Below are positions 56,858-64,000 of a stretch of 64,000 nt of DNA, piece by piece. Made by a program: the position numbers and the translations under genes. The stretch is from Candidatus Poribacteria bacterium (GTDB lineage Bacteria > Poribacteria > WGA-4E > WGA-3G), in the NCBI GenBank assembly GCA_965205025.1, contig CBDBFU010000015.1, forward strand, positions 32,001 to 96,000. Direction: 5' to 3'. Under the pieces are notes generated by a model. It made no database searches and was not told the DNA's origin. It worked only from the letters and a program-made list of their open reading frames with translations. Position 1 is the first letter of the stretch; each line of letters starts with the position of its first letter.

Positions 56858-58188
56858 TTGGATTCTGGTATACTTTTGTCAGTTGTTAATGTTGGAACTG
56901 CATCAGGTTTAATTTTAATATATGCATTTTCGAGCAATGAATCTGTATATGCAGTCCATTCTTTTTCGAATAGTTGTTGGCGTAATATTCCAACAATTTG
57001 TTGTTTTTCTTCAGCAGTTAACTCAGGAGTGATTCGATCATCTACTTGATAAATATGTATACCTTGTTCAGTTTCAAGTGGATTACTATACTTTCCCGTA
57101 TCAAGTTTTGAGATAACATCGCGTACTTTTGGAGTCAATTCGGTGAGAATTATAACTCCTAATTCCCCACCCTTGGTTTTAGTCTCTTCATCATCAGAAT
57201 GCTGTGTGGCGAGCGTATTAAATTCTTCACCATTTTGTAATTTTTTTATAATTTCAACAGACTTTTCACGTGCATCTTTCAGTGCAGATTCACTGATGGG
57301 AAAAGGTATTATCATAGAACGAAATGAAAATTTCTCTTCAGTCCGAGATTCGACTATGAAAATATGTAGACCATCATTGGATTCGACCGGTTCGCTAATT
57401 TGCCCCTGTTCAAGTTTAGAAAGGGTAGTGAGGAATAGATTAGAAAACTTAAGCAATTCTGCAGGAGATGTTTCAATTAGATTTCCAGCTTTTTCGTTAG
57501 AAGTTATACGTTGTGCGATTTTTTCAAACTGTGATTTATCTGCATTGATTTCTTCTAATGCTGTATTTGCTATATCATAAGCAGCTTTCTTATCTTCTTC
57601 TGTTGGTTTAAATGCGATAAAGATATGTCTCAAATGTATTCTTTCTGCTTTTGTTGGTAGTTGCTCCTGGTTTTCTCTAACAAATTTCTGTACATCACTA
57701 TCCCGTACCTGTAATCTTGGAATTATCCGTCCCATCACGAGTTTTTCAGTCATTAGATTACGTTGTATTTGTTCACGAAATGATTCAAAGGTAAGTCCAT
57801 CTCGGTTTAATAACTTCGTGAATTCTTCATCTGTTGGAATATTATATTTATCTTTAAAATCTTGTATCTGTTTTTCAATATCTGAATCAGAAACTTGTAT
57901 TTTAAGAGTTAATGCTGCTTCTAACAAGAGCATTTGACGTATCAATCTATCCAATAATTCACTTCGTTGTTTCTCGGCTTCTTTTTGTGCTTCAATTTCA
58001 CTGAAACGGTATACCTGTTGAAGTTCAAAGGCCCGTTGATTTACTAATACGTCGAGTCGTCTTTGTGTAATGATATCATCATTTACAAAGGCGATAATTC
58101 TATCTATGACACGTGCTGCACCGTATGAAGTGATATTGATTAGTAAAAGAATTAATAGTATAGTATAAATGAATGTCTTTGGTTTCAT
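56854..58188 (-). CDS. surA: SurA-like periplasmic chaperone/PPIase
   Basis: DRIIAFVNDDIIT SurA N-domain, LRHIFI, and two parvulin domains (FNTLATQHSDD...GGELG). Confidence 0.85.
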   Translation of the reverse strand: MKPKTFIYTILLILLLINITSYGAARVIDRIIAFVNDDIITQRRLDVLVNQRAFELQQVYRFSEIEAQKEAEKQRSELLDRLIRQMLLLEAALTLKIQVSDSDIEKQIQDFKDKYNIPTDEEFTKLLNRDGLTFESFREQIQRNLMTEKLVMGRIIPRLQVRDSDVQKFVRENQEQLPTKAERIHLRHIFIAFKPTEEDKKAAYDIANTALEEINADKSQFEKIAQRITSNEKAGNLIETSPAELLKFSNLFLTTLSKLEQGQISEPVESNDGLHIFIVESRTEEKFSFRSMIIPFPISESALKDAREKSVEIIKKLQNGEEFNTLATQHSDDEETKTKGGELGVIILTELTPKVRDVISKLDTGKYSNPLETEQGIHIYQVDDRITPELTAEEKQQIVGILRQQLFEKEWTAYTDSLLENAYIKIKPDAVPTLTTDKSIPESN

Positions 58189-58386
58189 GATCTATCTCCA
58201 GAATTTGATAGTTATTAGATCCTATTTGTTAGATATATTACTGGTTTATTGTTGTTTTGAATCGAAGAAAAATGACCAATATAATTCCTGATTTTTTCTT
58301 AATATCCAAACCATCAAGAGACCTATATGGTGACAGGTGTTATGGCAAATTTGATAAAATGTTTGTTTTTCTGAAAAATAATTGTA

Positions 58387-58500
58387 ATACCATTTCTATA
58401 GATTATTGTCTCATTAGGTGCTTATTATGGTAGTCATTTTCTGGTCACAAACTGAAAGTTTGTGGTACAAAAAAGAGACATTCTCAATTAGAAATGGTAT
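58387..58500. mobile_element. MITE family A, intact 114-bp copy (IS630-type ends)
   Basis: Perfect TIRs ATACCATTTCTA / TAGAAATGGTAT (TA at each boundary), subterminal GTCTC/GAGAC after N9, and an internal hairpin CACAAACTGAAAGTTTGTG. Confidence 0.88.
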
Positions 58501-58674
58501 AACATTCATTTTGCTTTCTTCTTCAAGAGATATAGATCTCATTCCTAAATATAGATTTTTTAATTTCTGATCTGTCGTTATAGGTTTGTTGCTATAAGTA
58601 TTATTTTCTTCAATTTTTATTCAAAATTGTTGAAGAGTCGTACTTTTTGAATTGACACTATACGATTAATAATG

Positions 58675-58707
58675 AAGACGGGTAGATATAATTATCCTAC
58701 CCGTCTT
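58675..58707. terminator. Hairpin downstream of the ppiC-like gene (possible terminator)
   Basis: AAGACGGGTAG-N11-CTACCCGTCTT forms a perfect 11-bp stem; no clear U-tract. Confidence 0.45.
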
Positions 58708-58724
58708 GCAAATCAAATGAAGAA

Positions 58725-59711
58725 TTATTCTTCAGGAGTTGTTTCTTCTGGATTTCCTTCTTCAGGTGTAGTTTCTTCAACTTCTTCAGGGGTTTCGTCT
58801 TCTGGTATCCGGTCGATGAAGGTTTTTACTTCAGCCTGCTCTCTGAGAAGTTCAATCCATTTTTTCATTAATTCCTCACGTTGTTCACGTTCAACCTTTC
58901 TGATAACATCTTTTCGGACATCTTCTTCACTGAATGGTCTTTGAAAAGCGTCTCTGGCATCATCTTTGCGAAACATCATGTAGAATTTCTGTCCTTGTAC
59001 TTCGACTTCAATTACAGATGAGTGGATTTCTCCAATTTTGGCATTGAAAGCAGCATCCATAAACGGTTCAGTCCCTGTAGGATATGAGTTTCTACCGATG
59101 TAGTCGGTATCTCCAGGAGCAGCAGGATTTGCACCTGGTCCAACCAATTCCCCTCTATCAGAGAGTTCTTGTGCAGAGACTGCAATGTCTTTTCCTGCTT
59201 TTATTTCTGCGAAAACTTCATCAGCCCGTTCTTTATCCTGAAGTGTTATACAAAGGAGTTTTACCTGTTCGGGACGAACATAATTTTCCTTATTAACATC
59301 ATAATACGCTTGATAGAGTTCCTCAGATAAACTGATTTTTTGATCAACTTCCTGTTCAGTTAATCTTTCAATCATTAATTCATGAAGATAGTCTTTAACT
59401 TTCTTCAGAATTTCTGGATCTTCGTTAAGGTTCTGATCTTTTGCCAGACAGAGGATAAGACGACTTTCAGCCATAAGGGTCATGTATTCATATAGACCTT
59501 CTTTATCTTGGTATTGACGTTGTTTATATTCAGGTAGTTCACTGATTTCCTGCATCATTTCTTCAAGAGTGATTCTTTGCTTTCCATCCCATTCAAATTC
59601 AGCGATCACAGTTCCATCAGCACCGATAGCCTTATCACCACAACTATAGAAAAACGGATGAAGTGCCAGAATGGTGAGTAATAAAATTGAAATGTTACTA
59701 TATTTTTTCAT
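58725..59711 (-). CDS. PpiC/PrsA-type foldase lipoprotein
   Basis: Lipobox-like YSCG, helical N-domain, degenerate parvulin domain (YVRPEQVKL...DAAFNAKIGEI) and an acidic tail. Confidence 0.75.
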   Translation of the reverse strand: MKKYSNISILLLTILALHPFFYSCGDKAIGADGTVIAEFEWDGKQRITLEEMMQEISELPEYKQRQYQDKEGLYEYMTLMAESRLILCLAKDQNLNEDPEILKKVKDYLHELMIERLTEQEVDQKISLSEELYQAYYDVNKENYVRPEQVKLLCITLQDKERADEVFAEIKAGKDIAVSAQELSDRGELVGPGANPAAPGDTDYIGRNSYPTGTEPFMDAAFNAKIGEIHSSVIEVEVQGQKFYMMFRKDDARDAFQRPFSEEDVRKDVIRKVEREQREELMKKWIELLREQAEVKTFIDRIPEDETPEEVEETTPEEGNPEETTPEE

Positions 59712-59736
59712 GAATTTCCTCCTTTACAGTGTAAAT

Positions 59737-60714
59737 CTATTCATCAGATGGATTGTCTTGTTGTTCAGCTTCTTCTGGTTCTGGTTCAGGTGGTAATGGT
59801 ATGTTTTCTGGATAGGTTTTCAGTTTTGCTGCAGAAGACATTTCCTCAATCCATTCAAATATTCGTGCCCGTTTCTTTTCTCTGAGAACTTTCCGTTCAA
59901 TATCAGACTTAACTTCATCAAACTCTTTCTGCCGATCAGGTTGATGTTCTTCTTTTCGGAAAATGAGATAATATGTCTTATCATCCACATCAGTTTCAAA
60001 AACTGCCTCAGTCATTTCACCGATTTCCTGTTCAAAGGCTGCTTCTATGAATTCTGACCAATTTGGTGAAGCGCTCTTGGTAAAGAAGTTTGTGTTTCCT
60101 GGATCGTCAGCATTTTTCCCTGGACCATTAGCAAACTTGTTGTCGTCAGCAAGTGCTTTTGCCATTTCAACAATATCCTTTCCTGCTTTAATCTGATCCA
60201 AAGTTTCATGTGCTAAATCTTCATCGTCAAGCGTGATACAAGTAGCCCTTACTCTTGCTTCTTCAATGTAATCACCCTTATGTACATCATAATACTCCAG
60301 AAGATCTTCGTCACTAAATTGTACTTTGTCATCAACTTCGATTTCAGTAAGTTTTTCAACCATAAGTTGATGTGTATAGTCATCCATTTTATTTAAGAAA
60401 TCTTCAAGTTGATCAAAGCCTAAATCGGTTGCTTGCAGAAGTTTGAGTTTTTCATCAATATAGTCTTCTAAGAATTCTATTTTGCCTTCTTTGGTAGAGT
60501 AATTTTGCTGTCGATAGACAGGTAATTCAGCAATAGCCACTTCTAATTCGCTAAGTGAGATCTGTTGTAATTCTCCTTTCCACTTAAACTCAGCGATGAT
60601 AATCTGACTCTTGTCAATCTGTTGTTCTTCAGTATCATGATTATCTGATCTAACGAGTGTCCAAGTGAGAAAGCATGTTACCAATAAAGTTACAAGAATA
60701 ACGATTTTTTTCAC
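59737..60714 (-). CDS. PpiC/PrsA-type foldase, paralog of the adjacent gene
   Basis: Signal anchor and shared IAEFxWxG...ELPxYxQ segment, EAAFEQEIGEM and KEFDEVKSDIE. Confidence 0.75.
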   Translation of the reverse strand: MKKIVILVTLLVTCFLTWTLVRSDNHDTEEQQIDKSQIIIAEFKWKGELQQISLSELEVAIAELPVYRQQNYSTKEGKIEFLEDYIDEKLKLLQATDLGFDQLEDFLNKMDDYTHQLMVEKLTEIEVDDKVQFSDEDLLEYYDVHKGDYIEEARVRATCITLDDEDLAHETLDQIKAGKDIVEMAKALADDNKFANGPGKNADDPGNTNFFTKSASPNWSEFIEAAFEQEIGEMTEAVFETDVDDKTYYLIFRKEEHQPDRQKEFDEVKSDIERKVLREKKRARIFEWIEEMSSAAKLKTYPENIPLPPEPEPEEAEQQDNPSDE

Positions 60715-60820
60715 TTTAATGTTCTCCTTTTATAATATGAGACTTATCTTGTTTATAGTAGATTCAATAAATATGTTTACAGGTCATGGTAATTTTAGGT
60801 TTTACTATAATGTAATAGAC

Positions 60821-63800
60821 TTATTCATTCTTTTCAAGAAACATTGTTAATACGCGTTGCAGTTCTTTTAATAGTGCCCTACCGTTTAAATTCTCAATTG
60901 AAATCATGAGTTGTGCAGGTGGTCTTAGTTGTAAAATTGAATTATTGTGTATAATTTCCACAAACTTAGTTGGGTCAACTTTAGGATTTTTATCATCAAA
61001 TGTGACCTTAATTTGTTTATTTCCAGCGACAATAGCGGTAATTCCGAGTTTATGACAGTATTGTTTAATACCTGAGATTTCAAGTAGCATTAAAGCCGGT
61101 TCAGGTATTTCACCATATCGATCTTGTAGTTCTTCTATGAGTTTCTGTTTTTCCGATTCGTTTTTTATTGCAGATATTTTTTTATAGATAGATATTTTTT
61201 GTCTACTTTCAGGTATATACTCATCAGGTATGAATGCTTCAATGGGTAAATTTATACTTGTCTCAATGTCTTCCTCAACCTTTTCGCCTTTAAGAGTCTT
61301 TACAGCTTCATCAAGTAGCTTACAGTATAGTTCATAGCCTACTTTAGTAATATGTCCATGTTGTTGTGCACCAAGTATATTACCTGCCCCTCGAATTTCT
61401 AAATCTCTAAGTGCAATTTTGAAGCCGGATCCAAGATCAGTGAATTCTTCTATGACTCTGAGTCGTTTTTGCGCCCCTTCTGTGATAGGTTTGTCAGGAG
61501 GGAAAAACAGATATCCATAAGCCTGTTCATCGGCGCGTCCCACTCTTCCTCGTAGTTGATAAAGTTGTGCTAACCCAAAAGCATCAGCGCGATTAATCAT
61601 GATGGTATTTACATTTGGTATATCTAATCCGGACTCAATAATCATAGTACACACCAGAATATCGTGTTTATGACGAATAAATTCTAACATGACGTTTTCC
61701 AATTCGCGTTCTGGCATCTGTCCGTGTGCAACAGCAATTCGAGCGTTAGGAATAAGATCTTGTATTTTCTCAGCAAAAGATCTTATATCCTTTACTCGAT
61801 TGTGAACAAAAAAGACTTGTCCATCACGAGCTAACTCAGTAGTTATTGCATCTCTAATAACTTTAGTATTATATGGCAACACATGAGTTTGAATTGGTAA
61901 TCTATTCGCTGGTGGTGTATTTATAATACTAAAATCTCTAATTCCAACAAGAGACATATGTAATGTACGCGGAATAGGTGTGGCTGTCAATGTTAAAACA
62001 TCAACAGTTTCCTTATACTGTTTGATTTTTTCTTTATGTTTTACACCAAAACGATGCTCTTCATCTACAATTAGCAATCCAAGATTATCGAATGAAACTG
62101 TATCTGAGAGTAAACTATGTGTACCTATGACAATATCAACAGAACCATCCTCAAGTTTTGATTTTACAGATTGTATCTCTTTTCTGCTACGGAAACGATT
62201 TAACATCTCAACTTGTATTGGAAATGAACTAAAACGTTTCTCAAAAGTATCATAATGTTGTAAAGCTAAAATAGTGGTTGGACAGAGAAGTGCAACCTGT
62301 TTTTCTGACATGACAGCCTTAAATGCTGCTCTTAATGCGACTTCAGTCTTACCGTACCCCACATCTCCGCAGATTAGTCTATCCATAGGACCTATTGCTT
62401 CCATATCAGCTTTGACATCTTCAATAGCTTGAAGTTGGTCGTCTGTTTCTTGAAATGGAAAGAGTGCTTCAAATTCCCCTTCCCATGGCACCTCTGTGGG
62501 AAAACTAAAGCCTTTTTTTGCTTGTCGAATAGCGTATAATTTTAGGAGTTCACCAGCCATCTCTTCAATTGCTGCTTTCGCTCGTCCTTTTTTACTTTCC
62601 CATGCTTTACCACCAAGATGATCTAATACTGGTTTATAGGACTCATCTTTATTACTTACATATTTCTGTACCAAATCCACTTGATATGAGGGGACATATA
62701 GTTTATCATCACCTTTGTATTTTAATATGAGAAAGTCCTGTTCTTGTCCATCAATATCCATTCTACGGATACCTTCATACAAAGCAATCCCGTGAGATAC
62801 ATGAACAACAAAATCCCCCGGTTTCATATCAATTAGACTTAATAAAGGTGCTCCACTTGTATGTCGTTTTGATGTAGTGACTTTGCGTTGTCGACTACCA
62901 AAAATTTCATTTTCAGATATAATTACGAACTTTAGGGATTCACTCAGAAAACCTTCAGAGATAAACCCAACACTAACCATAATTCCTTCAGGTGGTATGT
63001 CTCTTTCAATTAGCATTTCATATACACGTTTTGCTTGCTGGGGTGTTTCACAGAAGACGTTAACTAAAAACTTCTTATTAGTCCACTTTCTGATCTGCTC
63101 AAAAACCATTTGGTAGTTTCCTCTACCAAGTCCAAGTGGTTTCAAGTCGAATTGTAATTCCTCAGTTTCATTAGTAATTTCTTCATTTGAAGTGTTTGTT
63201 GATGTATCTTCAATAGTATTAGATGCTAAAGATAGAGAAATCTTCACAAATTTGTTTATATTCTCATGGATTGTATCATACGAAATGACCAAATTGTCTA
63301 CATTAGCCATTACTTTACCTTCATCAACCCTTCTCTTATATATCTCTTCGAGTTGTTCATGCATTTGATTAACTTCACGAATTTGCCACCTGGGTTCAAT
63401 CATGACGACAATCAAATCATCTGACATGTAATCTGTCAGCATTTCTGTATCGGAGTATAGTAACGGTAAAAAGGCTTCAATTCCATCAATATCTAATGGT
63501 GTACCATCAATTTCAGATAGAGTATTTGATTCAGTCTTATTTGAAAATGTCTGGATAGATTGTGTCATACACCGAATAGAATCGATATACTCAGGTTTAT
63601 TTGAGACCTCCTTCATCATCCATTCAGTCTTGGCTTTCCAATTTGATATAGATATGTCCCCTGGACAGATTTCAGACATAGGTGTAATTACAACTGAAGT
63701 ATCTTGATCTGTCGATACTTGTGATGTTGGATCAAACAATCGAATTTCGTCTATTTCATCTCCAAAAATGTCCAAACGAACCGGTGAATCTGAAGTAAGT

Positions 63801-64000
63801 GGGAATATATCAATAATATCACCTCGTTGAGCGAATTCTCCTTTTACTTCAACGAGTTCAACCTGTTTGTATCCACTTCGATATAGAAAAGTGATAAAAT
63901 CAGTATATTCAATTTCATCACCAATTTGTAGGGTTCTACAGGCGGATGATAGGATAGATTGTTTAGGAAGTTTATAGGAGAGGGATCGAATAGTAGTGAA
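60821..64000 (-). CDS. mfd: Transcription-repair coupling factor, 5'-truncated by the window edge
   Basis: The frame is open to 64000 (GEFAQRGDIIDIFP). GDFVVHVSHG, ETDDQ, GDVGYGKTEVA, DEEHRFG, TATPIPRT, QLRGRVGR and the TRG motif are present. Confidence 0.97.
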   Translation of the reverse strand, partial: FTTIRSLSYKLPKQSILSSACRTLQIGDEIEYTDFITFLYRSGYKQVELVEVKGEFAQRGDIIDIFPLTSDSPVRLDIFGDEIDEIRLFDPTSQVSTDQDTSVVITPMSEICPGDISISNWKAKTEWMMKEVSNKPEYIDSIRCMTQSIQTFSNKTESNTLSEIDGTPLDIDGIEAFLPLLYSDTEMLTDYMSDDLIVVMIEPRWQIREVNQMHEQLEEIYKRRVDEGKVMANVDNLVISYDTIHENINKFVKISLSLASNTIEDTSTNTSNEEITNETEELQFDLKPLGLGRGNYQMVFEQIRKWTNKKFLVNVFCETPQQAKRVYEMLIERDIPPEGIMVSVGFISEGFLSESLKFVIISENEIFGSRQRKVTTSKRHTSGAPLLSLIDMKPGDFVVHVSHGIALYEGIRRMDIDGQEQDFLILKYKGDDKLYVPSYQVDLVQKYVSNKDESYKPVLDHLGGKAWESKKGRAKAAIEEMAGELLKLYAIRQAKKGFSFPTEVPWEGEFEALFPFQETDDQLQAIEDVKADMEAIGPMDRLICGDVGYGKTEVALRAAFKAVMSEKQVALLCPTTILALQHYDTFEKRFSSFPIQVEMLNRFRSRKEIQSVKSKLEDGSVDIVIGTHSLLSDTVSFDNLGLLIVDEEHRFGVKHKEKIKQYKETVDVLTLTATPIPRTLHMSLVGIRDFSIINTPPANRLPIQTHVLPYNTKVIRDAITTELARDGQVFFVHNRVKDIRSFAEKIQDLIPNARIAVAHGQMPERELENVMLEFIRHKHDILVCTMIIESGLDIPNVNTIMINRADAFGLAQLYQLRGRVGRADEQAYGYLFFPPDKPITEGAQKRLRVIEEFTDLGSGFKIALRDLEIRGAGNILGAQQHGHITKVGYELYCKLLDEAVKTLKGEKVEEDIETSINLPIEAFIPDEYIPESRQKISIYKKISAIKNESEKQKLIEELQDRYGEIPEPALMLLEISGIKQYCHKLGITAIVAGNKQIKVTFDDKNPKVDPTKFVEIIHNNSILQLRPPAQLMISIENLNGRALLKELQRVLTMFLEKNE

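Overview
AT-rich bacterial chromosomal window whose gene content resembles Candidatus Poribacteria (inference): four PhyH-type Fe/2OG enzymes, tandem sulfatases, WD40 proteins, an ECF sigma-TM-WD40 fusion and an archaeal-type pantoate kinase. Housekeeping and envelope genes include tgt, mfd (partial), two PpiC-type foldases, surA, an unusual lptD and an ECF sigma/anti-sigma/HtrA locus. Other modules are a circularly permuted ATP-grasp/alpha-E/transglutaminase operon and a Type I R-M island (hsdR/S/M) carrying toxin-antitoxin and AAA-ATPase cargo. Mobile DNA comprises one intact IS4/IS701-superfamily IS with 15-bp TIRs and a 6-bp TSD, an IS630 relic, and many small intergenic elements. The strongest leads are: (1) an LptD with about 420 aa of nested parvulin domains inserted in its barrel, at the end of a ppiC-ppiC-surA-lptD run; (2) several unrelated MITE-like shells that carry GTAG/CTAC hairpins, including a bipartite-ended element found twice exactly in a hairpin loop, each time with different cargo; (3) two tandem PhyH-like enzymes with halogenase-like HxG/HxA motifs. 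No CRISPR array, rRNA or tRNA was seen. All calls come from reading motifs by eye; no database searches were run.
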